DNA of 64,000 bases from Eubacteriales bacterium (GCA_045597145.1 JAZODU010000042.1:11166-75165); one strand, 5' to 3'. Numbered from the stretch's first letter, positions 1 through 10,269 are shown. Numbers and translations are program-made. Notes: generated by a model from the letters alone, not told the origin.

Positions 1-88
1 ACATACCCGGTCTTTTTCTGACAGCCTCCAAGCCCTCCAGAATCTGAATCTGACTTTCGTCATAAACACGTTGTTCCTGATTTTCCAT
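1..88 (-). CDS. gyrB: DNA gyrase subunit B, N-terminal fragment (runs off window)
   Basis: Manual translation MENQEQRVYDESQIQILEGLEAVRKRPGM is the GyrB N-terminal signature; SD GAAAGGA upstream; canonical position after recF/remB. Confidence 0.93.
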   Translation of the reverse strand, partial: MENQEQRVYDESQIQILEGLEAVRKRPGM

Positions 89-135
89 GTCAATCGTGAA
101 TCCTTTCTGATGATTGATTGTTCGATCTCTATTCC

Positions 136-399
136 TCACATACCGTCAAAATGTCCCACGCGCCCAACGAGCGACGCCGACGACAGCTGTGAAAAGCATA
201 TTTTATATTCCCCGTCCCGCCCCTTGTAAAGAACAAAGGACTTCGGGATCTCCTCGGACGCAAATTCCACCGCGCGGCGACTGTCCGCCACCGAGAGATA
301 TTTTTTCGTCACAGCCGATACCGTCGCCGTGTCCGCGTCAAATATCCCCACGATCTCCCGCGTCCGTATGTTTTGATTGTTTCCTACGTGTAAGTACAT
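136..399 (-). CDS. remB: DUF370 / RemB-family protein
   Basis: MYLHVG...IVGIFD...PKSFVL...SQLSSASL pattern; located between recF and gyrB. Confidence 0.8.
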   Translation of the reverse strand: MYLHVGNNQNIRTREIVGIFDADTATVSAVTKKYLSVADSRRAVEFASEEIPKSFVLYKGRDGEYKICFSQLSSASLVGRVGHFDGM

Positions 400-447
400 G
401 TTTTTTTCGTGGGAAAACCTTTTTGAAAAAAAGTTCTTCCCAATCCC

Positions 448-1551
448 TTACCCCCTAAACATACCCTTTTCAACCGTAATGATCTTGCCGCCGACGATGC
501 CGGAGGGCTCGCAGGTGGTGATGATGACCTGTCGGTTTTCCATTTTTCCGGAAAGATAGGCGCGGCGCGAGGAATCCAGCTCCGAGAACACGTCGTCAAA
601 GAGAAACACGGGCTTCTCGCCGCACACATCCGCACAGACCTCGCCCTCTGCCAGCTTCATGGCAAGTGCCAAGGATCTCTGCTGCCCCTGCGACGCAAAC
701 TGCCGCGCGGGCTTGTCGTTGAGTAAAATTTCAATATCGTCCTTATGTATTCCCCAAAGGGTGCTCCCCGCGCCGATCTCGCGGTCGTGATGCGACATCA
801 ACAGCTTCTTATATGCCGCTTCGATCCGCTCCACGTCCTCGTATTCGTCGGGTTCCTGCTTGCTCGAGCCCACGTAAACAGCACGCGGACGCTCTCTCTC
901 CCCCATCATCTCAAAAAAGCAACGCTCGATCTCCGCCGCCGCCTTTTGCAGATACCTGTAGCGGTAGCGCGCGATCACAGCCGCCTCATGTGCCAGCTGC
1001 GCCGACCAGAACTCCACGGTCGCGTCAAACGTCCGCCGATCATCCTCTGCCGCGCGAATGAGCTGATTTCTCTGCTTGAGGATCTGATTGTACCTCTGCA
1101 GGCTTTTGAGATACACGGGATAGAGCTGCGAGATCGCTATATCGAGGTAATTCCGTCTCTCCCCCGGTCCTTCCTTGATCAAAGAAAGATGCTCGGGGCA
1201 AAAGAGCACCGTCCGAAACGCGCCGACAATATCGGATACGCGCCCGACCTTGACCTTGTTCTGCTCTATATGCTTTCTCTTTCCGTTCATCATGCGGATG
1301 GTGATATTCTGCCGCCTCTGCGAATCGGTAAAATCCAAGGACACCTCGGCGCACTCCGCGCCAAAGCGGATCATTTCCTCGTCGTGAGACGTGCGAAAGC
1401 TCTTGCCAAGGGCGGCAAAGCTGATCGCCTCCAGCATGTTGGTCTTTCCCTGCGCGTTCTCGCCGCAAAGGATATTCACGCCCGCATCGAAATCGATGCA
1501 CGCGCTTTCAATGTTGCGAAAATCGGTGATCTTGATCCGATTACATTCCAT
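448..1551 (-). CDS. recF: DNA replication/repair protein RecF
   Basis: FRNI, Walker A GENAQGKTN, SQGQQR, LFDDVFSELD. Confidence 0.97.
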   Translation of the reverse strand: MECNRIKITDFRNIESACIDFDAGVNILCGENAQGKTNMLEAISFAALGKSFRTSHDEEMIRFGAECAEVSLDFTDSQRRQNITIRMMNGKRKHIEQNKVKVGRVSDIVGAFRTVLFCPEHLSLIKEGPGERRNYLDIAISQLYPVYLKSLQRYNQILKQRNQLIRAAEDDRRTFDATVEFWSAQLAHEAAVIARYRYRYLQKAAAEIERCFFEMMGERERPRAVYVGSSKQEPDEYEDVERIEAAYKKLLMSHHDREIGAGSTLWGIHKDDIEILLNDKPARQFASQGQQRSLALAMKLAEGEVCADVCGEKPVFLFDDVFSELDSSRRAYLSGKMENRQVIITTCEPSGIVGGKIITVEKGMFRG

Positions 1552-1560
1552 ACATCAAGG

Positions 1561-2712
1561 TCAGTCGCGGATTCTGACGGGCAGGAGCATGAACAGCTCG
1601 CTGCCGTCCTCTTTTTCCTCGTCGGGCTCGATGTTGATGCTGTGGAACGCCGACTTCATTGAAATACGAATGGTTTCCTCGTCGGACACGCGCAGGCTGT
1701 CGATCAGGAAGCGGTTGTTGAACGCAATGAGAAGATTCTCACCCTCCTGCTCGATCTCCACCTCGTCGTAGGTGCTGCCCAGCGTCGAGGTTGCCGAAAT
1801 CTTGAGCACGCCGTCCTCAAACTGCAGCTTAACCTGTGCACGCACGCTGCCCGTTACCTTTTCCTCGGTGACGAGAGCCGCTCTTTCCAGTGCCGCGATC
1901 ATCTTTTCGCGATTAACGCGTGCGAAAATGGTGTGATCCTTGAGAATGATGCGGTCGTATTCCATGTACTGCCCCTCGATCAGGCGCGAGAAGAAGATCA
2001 TGTTGCCGATGTTGATGACGATGTTCTTTCTCGACATATAAATACGTGCGCTCTCGCGCTCGTCGTCCTTGAGCAGCTTGAACAGCTCAACGACGGTCTT
2101 GTTGGGAACGATGAAGTTGAACTTCAGGTCGCTGCCGTCCTCGTTCTTGTTTTCGATATCGGTCTTGACCGAGCACTTCGCCAGCTTGTAGCTGTCGCAG
2201 GAAACCAGCAAAAGCTCGTCGCCGCGAACAACGAAATAACAGCCGTTGAGGAACGGACGCTGGTCGTTGACACCCATGGCATACATGACCTTTGAAAGCA
2301 TTCTCTTGAGCACCGACTGACCGATCACAAAGCCGTCCTCGGTGACAAGGCGCGGAATTTCGGGATAATCCGCCGCGTCCAGCGCGTTCATTTTATGGTT
2401 GGATTTGCCGCTGGAAATGCACGCCTGCAAGTTGGCGTCCACGGTCAGGGTCACAAAGTCGCCATCCATCACGCGAACGGTCTGAAGCAGCTTTTGCGCG
2501 TTGATGATCGCGCTTCCTCCCTCCTCGACCTGCGCATTGATCGAAATACGCATGCCCTTTTCCAGGTCAAACGTGGTCAGCACGCAATTTCCGTCCTCGC
2601 TTGCGTTGATCAGAACGCCCTCGATCGCAGATTTCGTAGCCTTGCCCGAAACGGCACACATCAAAGGAGTGAGCGCATCGGTGATCGCCTGTCTGTTAAA
2701 GATGATCTTCAT
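1561..2712 (-). CDS. dnaN: DNA polymerase III beta sliding clamp
   Basis: 383 aa; SRLIEGQY, IAFNNRFLIDSL, C-terminal LLPVR; downstream of dnaA. Confidence 0.96.
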   Translation of the reverse strand: MKIIFNRQAITDALTPLMCAVSGKATKSAIEGVLINASEDGNCVLTTFDLEKGMRISINAQVEEGGSAIINAQKLLQTVRVMDGDFVTLTVDANLQACISSGKSNHKMNALDAADYPEIPRLVTEDGFVIGQSVLKRMLSKVMYAMGVNDQRPFLNGCYFVVRGDELLLVSCDSYKLAKCSVKTDIENKNEDGSDLKFNFIVPNKTVVELFKLLKDDERESARIYMSRKNIVINIGNMIFFSRLIEGQYMEYDRIILKDHTIFARVNREKMIAALERAALVTEEKVTGSVRAQVKLQFEDGVLKISATSTLGSTYDEVEIEQEGENLLIAFNNRFLIDSLRVSDEETIRISMKSAFHSINIEPDEEKEDGSELFMLLPVRIRD

Positions 2713-2894
2713 ATGATTGATTCCTTTCAGAATTTAATTACTTTTTTGTGGTGAAAGCCTCTTGAAGAAGGTTTTCTCTTTTTGCTCGTCAAAAGTCGTT
2801 TATGGAGTAAAGATTCAAATTTGTGGGAGTGACCATCGCCGTCGCTCTTTTGGATGAAACGTTTTTCTCGATCCTGCGCCGGTGCGCGCCAAAA

Positions 2895-3350
2895 CGAATA
2901 GAATGAATAGACTTATATTAAATAGTAATCATAATAGTAGGGGCTGCGGAAACTGTGGAAAGATGATTTTTTCCTTGTACGACAAGGTTTTTTCAAGTTT
3001 TTTGTTTTTAAAAAGCCGTGGAAAGATACCAACTCTTTTCTGTGGATTTCCACACCCTCCCAAAAATCGTCTCTCTCAAAAATGCGTTTTTGATGATGTT
3101 TTTGAAAAACGGAAAAATCCACATTTTATTCCACACCCCTTTTCCACAAGGGGTGTTTCCTTTTTTCGCTTTTTTTCGACTTTTTTGGCGTTCTCGCCAA
3201 AGTTTTCCACTGCCCGCCTCCAATGCCTTATCAACACCGCTTTTCCGTGGCACCAACATGATTTTCGTGAAATTTACCACACCTGAAAATCAGCTTTTTC
3301 ATGCTCCTTTTCATCACTTTTCCACAGGTGTTGAAAAGTGTGTGGAAAAG
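2895..3350. other. Chromosomal replication origin oriC
   Basis: dnaA-dnaN intergenic region with DnaA-box-like 9-mers (TTTTCCACA 3140-3148 and 3318-3326, TTATCAACA 3228-3236, TGTGGAAAA 3341-3349, TGTGGAAAG 2954-2962) and a DnaA-trio/AT-rich tract at about 2895-2940. Confidence 0.9.
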
Positions 3351-3444
3351 TGGATCTTTGAGTGGGGAAAGCTTTAGGATTGGGGTACGGGGAGAACCTT
3401 TTTTCAAAAAGGGTCTTTCAGAATTTCCTCACTGAGCCATTTCT

Positions 3445-4836
3445 TTACTGAGCAATTTCTTTTTTCAACTCACCAACCTCAACCGAGAGGACGGGGTCGG
3501 AAAGGATCTTGCCCGCGATGAGGTTGTAGGAGGAGATGATCGTAGAGTGGTCGCGGTCGAAGATCTTTGCGATGCTCGGGAAAGACATTTCGGTCAGCTC
3601 GCGGATCAGGTAAATGGAAATATGCCGCGCGGTTGCAATCTCTTTGTTGCGCTTGTTGCCGGTGATCGCCTCTTTGCCGACTGCGTACTTCCCTTCCACT
3701 GCCTTGAAAATACGCTCCACTGTCACGCTCACGGGCTCGGCGCCGCCGAGCAGCTCCGCGATGCACTCGTGCGCCAGCTCCATGGTGATCTCCTTGCCCG
3801 ACAGAAAACTCAAAGCACCCAGCTTTTTGATCGCGCCCTCGAGCTGGCGGATGTTGGAGCGCAGGTTTTCGCCAAGGAAGGTCAGCACCTCGTCGGGGAT
3901 CGTAACGTTGACCTGCTCCGCCTTTTTCTTGATGATGGCAATACGCAATTCAAGATCGGGCGGCGTGATATCCGCGATCAAGCCCCACTCAAAGCGGGAC
4001 ACCAGACGGTCCTCCAGCGTTTTGATATCGCGCGGCGGACGGTCGGAGGTCAGAATGATCTGCTTTTTGCGCTCGTAAAGGTCGTTAAAGGTGTGGAAGA
4101 ACTCCTCCTGCGTCGAGATCTTACCCGCGATGAACTGGATATCGTCGATCAGAAGCACGTCGCACTTGCGATATCTGTTGCGGAAATCCTCCATGGTCTT
4201 GTTGGCAAGGCAGGAGATCATCTGATTGGTGAAATCCTCGCCCTTGGTGTACATGATCTTGATGTTGGGGTTGTTCTTTTTCATGCGGTTGATGGTTGCA
4301 TACATCAAGTGCGTTTTGCCAAGACCGCTGTTACCGTAAATGAACAGAGGGTTGTAGTTTGTAGCGGGGTTGTTGGCGACCGCCACACACGCTGCCTGTG
4401 CGAATTTGTTCGTGCTTCCGACGATAAAGTTTTCAAAGGTGTATTCAAAATTGTAGTCGGGGAGAGAGGAGGAATCCTCTCTGTCGGACGGCTGTGCGGG
4501 AGCGGGAGAAGGGGACATGCCGATGATGCTCGCCTTGACCTGATCTGCCGACACGGCAGAGCCGGTGAACGTGAGGCGAACCTCCACGTCAAAGCCGAGT
4601 AGGCGGCAAAATTCCTCGCGGATACGCCCGATATACTTATCCTGAACGATCTTGAATTTAAATTCGGATGAGATCCCCAGGGTCAGAGTAAAGACCGCGT
4701 CCTTTTCCTCAAAGTCCAGTATTTCGATCTCACCGAACCAGAGGTTGATGGTAGACTCGGCAAGGGTGTCCGAAAAGGACTCCTTGACCATATTCCACAC
4801 CTCGCGGATTTCTTCTATGTAATTTTGGGAGGCCAT
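3445..4836 (-). CDS. dnaA: Chromosomal replication initiator DnaA
   Basis: YTFENFIVG, YNPLFIYGNSGLGKTHL, LLIDDIQF, QEEFFHTFN, RDHST. Confidence 0.99.
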   Translation of the reverse strand: MASQNYIEEIREVWNMVKESFSDTLAESTINLWFGEIEILDFEEKDAVFTLTLGISSEFKFKIVQDKYIGRIREEFCRLLGFDVEVRLTFTGSAVSADQVKASIIGMSPSPAPAQPSDREDSSSLPDYNFEYTFENFIVGSTNKFAQAACVAVANNPATNYNPLFIYGNSGLGKTHLMYATINRMKKNNPNIKIMYTKGEDFTNQMISCLANKTMEDFRNRYRKCDVLLIDDIQFIAGKISTQEEFFHTFNDLYERKKQIILTSDRPPRDIKTLEDRLVSRFEWGLIADITPPDLELRIAIIKKKAEQVNVTIPDEVLTFLGENLRSNIRQLEGAIKKLGALSFLSGKEITMELAHECIAELLGGAEPVSVTVERIFKAVEGKYAVGKEAITGNKRNKEIATARHISIYLIRELTEMSFPSIAKIFDRDHSTIISSYNLIAGKILSDPVLSVEVGELKKEIAQ

Positions 4837-4874
4837 ACATATTCTCCTCTCTTTAAAGTCGTGTAATTATAAAT

Positions 4875-4903
4875 ATTATAACATATATCTATATATTTTA
4901 CAA
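4875..4903 (-). promoter_or_regulatory. Sigma-A promoter of dnaA
   Basis: TTGTAA-17 nt-TATAAT with extended TG on the minus strand. Confidence 0.65.
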
Positions 4904-4968
4904 TACGCACGCGCGTGTAAAATAACAAAATTTACAAATAATTTATATTTAAAGAAGAAAAAACGCTA

Positions 4969-4996
4969 TTGACAAAGCAAAAAAAAGAGGTATAAT
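4969..4996 (+). promoter_or_regulatory. Sigma-A promoter of copA
   Basis: TTGACA-16 nt-TATAAT. Confidence 0.7.
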
Positions 4997-5080
4997 AAGG
5001 TTAGCATACGGTAACTGTGAGAGTAGAGAGTGAAAAAATCGAACAAGAGTTATTCTCACTTATTAGAAAGGAGCGATATC

Positions 5081-7654
5081 ATGAGGCTACATTATGAGGT
5101 CAAGGGAATGAGTTGTGCGGCGTGCGTATCTCACGTGGAAAAGGCAATCCGCTCGGCGGTATCCCCGCAGGACACGGTCAACGTCTCACTCCTGACGAAC
5201 TCCGTGTCGATTCTTACGTCCGACGCGGTCGACCGTGCGGCTTTGGAATCCTCTCTTTCACGCGCTGTGCGCGCGGCGGGATACGAGCTTGTCACGAATA
5301 CGGAAACAGCGGAAAAAGTGCCAAAATCGGGCGAATATCGCGCACGTGTGCGCAATTTGATCCTCTCGGCGGTCTTTACTCTCGCGCTTATGTATCTTTC
5401 CATGGGGGGTATGCTCGGTCTCCCGATCCCGCCCTTTCTCGGCGGCATCGACAACGGACTGTTCATGGCGCTCGCTCAGCTTGCCCTGACATTCCCCATT
5501 CTCATCATCAATTTCAAATTTTTAAAAAGCGGCTTCCGCGCCCTTTTCCATCTCTCTCCAAACATGGATTCCCTGATTGCGGTCGGCGCGGGCGCATCGG
5601 TGGTCTACGGCTTGGTTGCGATCGTGATGATCGCAACGGCGCGCGACGCACACACCGTTCACACCTATCTGCACGACCTCTATTTTGAATCTGCGGCGAT
5701 GATATTAACGCTTGTGTCGCTCGGAAAGCTCCTCGAGTCGCGCGCCAAGGACAAGGCATCCGACGCGGTGCGCTCGCTGGCAACGCTGGCACCCAAATAC
5801 GCAACCGTCCTGCGCGACGGCAAGGAGATCCTTCTACCCGTTGAAGAGATCGCCGTGGGTGATCTGATCCTGCTCCGCGCGGGCGAATGGATCCCCGTGG
5901 ACGGCGTGGTGGTCGTGGGAAGCGGCAGCACCGACGAGTCGGCTCTCACAGGCGAGAGTATGCCCGTGGAAAAGGCGGTCGGCTCTTCCGTGCGCGCGGC
6001 GTGCGTGCTGACGGCGGGGGCGATCACGGTCGAAGCGCGCGAGGTGGGTGAGAATACCTCGCTCGCGCGCATCATCAAGCTCCTTGAGGACGCCGCCTCG
6101 TCCAAAGCACCCATTGCGCGCGTGGCGGACAAGGTCAGCTCTGTTTTCGTGCCGATCGTCATGTCTGTTTCCCTCTTAACGCTTGGCGTGTGGCTGTTAT
6201 TGACACAAAACGTAGAAGAGGCGCTGCGCTCTGCGATCGCGGTGCTGGTCATTTCCTGCCCGTGTGCGCTGGGGCTTGCAACCCCCACGGCGATCACCGT
6301 CGGCGTCGGTCGCGGTGCGCGGAACGGGATCCTTTTCCGCGACGCGGAGTCGCTTGAAAAGCTGTGCGGCGTGGACACCGTGATGTTTGATAAGACCGGC
6401 ACCTTGACCGAGGGGAAGCCGTCGCTCACCGACCTTGTAGTGTACGAAGAAAACGACCCCGGGCGCGTGATGCGTTATGCGGCGGCGGTGGAGCGGCTGT
6501 CCTCTCACCCGCTGGCGCAGGCGGTGTGTGCGGGCGCTGTTGAGCTTGGTATTGAGGAATTGCCCGCGGTCACGGATTTTGAAAGCCTTGTGGGGGTCGG
6601 GGCGATGGGGCGCGCAGACGGCGTGCTTTGCCGCATCGGAAAGCCCGATCCGTCCGTATTCCTTGAAAAAGACCCCGAAAACGCAGCACGTAGTGAAAAA
6701 AACGCACCACGTGTCACAAAAAACGGCTTGATCTCGCTGTGCGAAAAGAGTGATCTTTCCTCTTTAAAAGAAGATTTTGAGGCACTTGAGAGTGACGGAA
6801 AGACAGTAGTTCTCGTCACGCTTGACGCGCGCCCCGTGGCGATCCTCGGGATCTCCGACCGCATTCGCGCCGATGCCGCGCCTGCCGTGCAGACGCTCAA
6901 GGATGCCGGTGTGCGTTGCGTGATGCTTACGGGCGACAACGAGCGCACGGCGGCGTTTGTGGCGCGTGCTGTGGGACTTGACGATTTTCACGCCGCCCTC
7001 CTGCCCGAGGACAAGGAGCGGTATTTGCGCAAGGCGTGCGAGAGCGGCTCTTGCGCAATGGTTGGTGACGGCATCAACGACGCGCCCGCCTTGCTGCGCG
7101 CGGACGTCGGGATCGCAGTCGGCGCGGGCACGGAGGTTGCGATCGATTGCGCGGGGGTGGTTCTCTCGCAGTCCTCGATCTCGGGCGTTGCCGATGCCTA
7201 CATGCTCAGCCGCGCGACCATTCGCATCATCAAGCAGAATCTTTTCTGGGCACTCTTCTACAACGCCGTCTGCATTCCCGTGGCGGCGGGTGTGTTCTTC
7301 CCCATCTGGGGCTGGCAATTAAGTCCCATGCTCGCCTCGGCGGCAATGAGCTTTTCCTCTGTGTTTGTCGTTACGAACGCGCTTCGCTTGCGCTCTGTGA
7401 AATTAATAAAAAAAGGAGAAAATAAAGACATGCTGTTCGGAAAAAAGGAAATCGTGACCACTACCCTTCACGTGGAGGGCATGATGTGCCCCCGTTGCGT
7501 GGCACACGTCAAGACCGCTCTTGAGGGCGTCAAGGGTGTCAAGAGTGTTTCGGTCGACCTCGATGCCAAGACCGCCGTCGTAGAGGCTCCTGCCTCTGTT
7601 TCCGCCGAAACCCTCGCTGCTGCTGTTGTGGCTGCCGGGTATGAGGTGAAGTAA
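5081..7654 (+). CDS. copA: Copper-translocating P1B-type ATPase with N- and C-terminal HMA domains
   Basis: GMSCAAC, YFES, TGES, CPCALGLATP, DKTGTLT, GDGINDAP, YN and MSFSS motifs, C-terminal GMMCPRC; start placed at ATG after SD GAAAGGAG. Confidence 0.95.
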   Translation: MRLHYEVKGMSCAACVSHVEKAIRSAVSPQDTVNVSLLTNSVSILTSDAVDRAALESSLSRAVRAAGYELVTNTETAEKVPKSGEYRARVRNLILSAVFTLALMYLSMGGMLGLPIPPFLGGIDNGLFMALAQLALTFPILIINFKFLKSGFRALFHLSPNMDSLIAVGAGASVVYGLVAIVMIATARDAHTVHTYLHDLYFESAAMILTLVSLGKLLESRAKDKASDAVRSLATLAPKYATVLRDGKEILLPVEEIAVGDLILLRAGEWIPVDGVVVVGSGSTDESALTGESMPVEKAVGSSVRAACVLTAGAITVEAREVGENTSLARIIKLLEDAASSKAPIARVADKVSSVFVPIVMSVSLLTLGVWLLLTQNVEEALRSAIAVLVISCPCALGLATPTAITVGVGRGARNGILFRDAESLEKLCGVDTVMFDKTGTLTEGKPSLTDLVVYEENDPGRVMRYAAAVERLSSHPLAQAVCAGAVELGIEELPAVTDFESLVGVGAMGRADGVLCRIGKPDPSVFLEKDPENAARSEKNAPRVTKNGLISLCEKSDLSSLKEDFEALESDGKTVVLVTLDARPVAILGISDRIRADAAPAVQTLKDAGVRCVMLTGDNERTAAFVARAVGLDDFHAALLPEDKERYLRKACESGSCAMVGDGINDAPALLRADVGIAVGAGTEVAIDCAGVVLSQSSISGVADAYMLSRATIRIIKQNLFWALFYNAVCIPVAAGVFFPIWGWQLSPMLASAAMSFSSVFVVTNALRLRSVKLIKKGENKDMLFGKKEIVTTTLHVEGMMCPRCVAHVKTALEGVKGVKSVSVDLDAKTAVVEAPASVSAETLAAAVVAAGYEVK

Positions 7655-7656
7655 AA

Positions 7657-7820
7657 AGGATGTGGTTTTAAGGGGAAAGCTTTTGAAAAAGTTTTCCCCT
7701 TACCCCTTTCAAAACTTTCACCGCGCGGGTGAATCCTACCCACCGATGGCACTGCAAACAAAGCAGTGCTTTTTTCGTCCACTGCATTGGTGAAAGCTTG
7801 TTCGTGCAGTACAGATTTTG
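7657..7820 (+). repeat. Composite structured intergenic repeat (family A), includes likely terminator
   Basis: GGGGAAAGC-TTTTGAAAAA-GTTTTCCCC hairpin, CTTTCACC...GGTGAAAG arms, GCACTGC/GCAGTGC stem plus T-run, TGCAGTACAGATTTT tail. Confidence 0.8.
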
Positions 7821-7951
7821 GCTTGTGCGCCACCCGCTCCGTTGCTTTCCGCCTCCCCTTGGCACAGTGGGAGGAAAAAGTGAGTGCGAACAAGACGAAG
7901 AAGCCTCCGCTTTTAGCTTTTTTAGGATAGATTTGCTATGAACGCACCATC

Positions 7952-8101
7952 CCAAGCCTCCCTTGAAATCAAGGGGAAGTGGCGCGCCATAGGCGCGACG
8001 GAAGGGATGTGGTAACGGTTTGTTACATCCATGAAGCACTTTCGTAACTACTCCTCCGTCACGCCTGCGGCCTGCCACCTCCTCTCTCAAGAGGAGGCAA
8101 G
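7952..8101. repeat. REP-like palindromic doublet (family B)
   Basis: GCCTCCCTTG...CAAGGGGAAGTGGC...GACGGAAGGG and the inverse TCCGTCACG...GCCACCTCCTCT...AGAGGAGGC; similar to 56926-57115. Confidence 0.65.
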
Positions 8102-8356
8102 ATAAGTAGTTTGGCGGTGGCAAAATAGTAGCGCACGTTTTTTCTGCTTTAATCCTAACTTCTTGCCTTCTCCGGCGGGTAGCGAAGCTGCGGCACGGTA
8201 GTGACCGAGCCGCAGCGAGACAGGTGCCGAGCGTTGCGAGGCGGATGAGGCGTTATAAACGCATAGCACAGCACAAGAGTGTTTACTTCCATTACAAAAG
8301 CTTATTGTAACTGGCAGTTGAGAGAATTTTTGCAAAAGCCCCGCAAGACCTCCCTA

Positions 8357-8385
8357 TTGACAATCCCTCCTTTTTATGGTAAAAT
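8357..8385 (+). promoter_or_regulatory. Sigma-A promoter
   Basis: TTGACA-17 nt-TAAAAT upstream of the NERD gene. Confidence 0.65.
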
Positions 8386-8426
8386 AGGGGACGTATATGC
8401 GTTATTTCGACAAAAAGGAGAGAAAA

Positions 8427-9251
8427 ATGGGTGTACTGAGGACCATGTGGAACAGGGCTCACGCGGAGAAGTTGCCGCTGATGGAGGAGATCGAGCAATT
8501 CGGAGCGGACGGCGAGGAGGATATCTACCGCGCGCTTTGCGAGAGCTTTGATTGCGTGATCCGCAACGTGGCGGTTCCCCACAAAAAGCTCTATCTTGAA
8601 AAGGATTTCATGGTCATTCACAAGGGGATCGCGTTCGTGCTCGAGGTCAAAAATTGGAAGGGTGAGATCGGCTGCGACGGCGGCGAATTTTACCAAAACA
8701 AGGAGAACGGTGTGCGGAAAACGCTGAAAAGCCCGGTTGGAACGACGCGTCAATTTATCGAGCGTATGCGCGATTTTTACGGGATCGCGTCGCCCGTTTG
8801 CGGCATGGTGGTCTTTTGCGACACCGACTGCACGCTCAATCTTCCCGAGGAGATGGACGGCGTTGCCCTTCTGAGCGAAAAGAAAATGGTTTCTTACATC
8901 AAGGCGCGGGCGAAAGAATTGGGCAAGCCCGACGGCGAGATCGACCCCTCGCGCATTTTGCGCTGCACGCGCTTTTACAGCCGCGACAGCGAGTTCTGCA
9001 AGGGGATCCTTGCAGACAGCTTTTTCGAGTGTAAGACGCAGGGCGGCGACACGGTGCGCATTGACACACTGAGCCTGCAATATCTGAGCGTGAAGTCTCA
9101 AAATCTGCGCCTACGCGACAAGCTGCTCCTGACCTACGTCAACGGCGCGACCGACGTCTTTTACAGCGGCGACACGGTCTTTACGGTCGCCTGCCTTGAC
9201 GGAACCTACCGCAAGATCTCCCTGAACCGTATTCGCCACATCGTATTTTAA
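8427..9251 (+). CDS. NERD (nuclease-related domain) protein
   Basis: GADGEE, EKDFMVI, VLEVKNWKG are NERD-type motifs; SD AAGGAG before ATG 8427. Confidence 0.75.
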   Translation: MGVLRTMWNRAHAEKLPLMEEIEQFGADGEEDIYRALCESFDCVIRNVAVPHKKLYLEKDFMVIHKGIAFVLEVKNWKGEIGCDGGEFYQNKENGVRKTLKSPVGTTRQFIERMRDFYGIASPVCGMVVFCDTDCTLNLPEEMDGVALLSEKKMVSYIKARAKELGKPDGEIDPSRILRCTRFYSRDSEFCKGILADSFFECKTQGGDTVRIDTLSLQYLSVKSQNLRLRDKLLLTYVNGATDVFYSGDTVFTVACLDGTYRKISLNRIRHIVF

Positions 9252-9253
9252 GC

Positions 9254-10269
9254 ATGAAACAGATTGAAAGTTATATTCCCGAAAGCCAATTTTATAACGG
9301 CAAGGATGAATCAAAATGTCGGATTTTTCATGATGACTGCGCCGTGCTGAGTGACGACGATGATTTTCGGATCATTGCCGCCCGCGGCTTTGAAAAGCAG
9401 ATTGGACAGCCCTTTTTCGAGGCAGTTTTAACCGATTCGGACGCGCGCTCCCGCCTGAGTGCATTTCTGCGCGGCACGCAGGACTATCTCCTGCTTCCCT
9501 TTCACGAGCAATCGCTGCTGTTCCTCTCCGCGTGGCACAAATCCACCACTCTCGTTCCTGTTTTCCTCTTGCACGCGTCCGAGAAAAACGTGCGCCAAAT
9601 GCTGAATTTTGCATCACGTGATGCGTTTTCGGAGCTTTTTCGCGTGGCAAACGAGCCGGAAAACGGCGAAGAATCCTTGCGCGAGCAGCTGGCGGAGATC
9701 TTCTGTTATCTGGACGGATTGATCAAGCCCGGGCGCAATTTCTGGACGAGCTGTCGCATGCTGGCAACCTTTTTCGGGTGTTGCCTTGAGAACCTTTCCA
9801 TGCCGTTTGAGGAGAAGATCGCGTCGGACGCGCTCTTTCACCGTGTGACCGCGTTCCTCGTTTGTCTGCTGCTTTCCCTGCGACACCGCACGGGATCGGT
9901 CAGCGCATACGGTTCCGTTTCTGCGGGTGAGGTACATGAAAATGTCGGAAAAGTACAAGTGGAAAACTGAGAACTCTCCCACCCTTTCGAGATCCCTGCG
10001 GGCGTAGATATGACGTCGGATTTTTTGCTTCGCGTGGAGCAGGTGTCGGTCTATGAAGCGAAAAGAAAGGACGCTCGGCAGAGCAGGATCCCCTGCCGCC
10101 CGCGTTGCTTTCGTTGATGAAGATCCCTGCCTTTCGTGATTTCCAAGCCCGTTTTGAGAACGGTGTGCTGGTCTTTGAAACGCGGCTGAACGCCTTTGAT
10201 AACCTGCGCGCGCACCAAAGCGAGATGGAAATTCCGTGGATCAGATTTTCTCTTTGCCCTGCGTGTTAA
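9254..10269 (+). pseudogene. Hypothetical protein, apparently interrupted (TGA at 9968-9970, then a frameshift near 10075)
   Basis: 238-aa ORF; protein-like reading continues past the TGA and then in another frame to TAA at 10267-10269. Confidence 0.4.

Noticed and set aside
2882-3377. Short ORFs between dnaA and dnaN
   Set aside because: Overlap the oriC DnaA-box array; low-complexity F/K-rich translations
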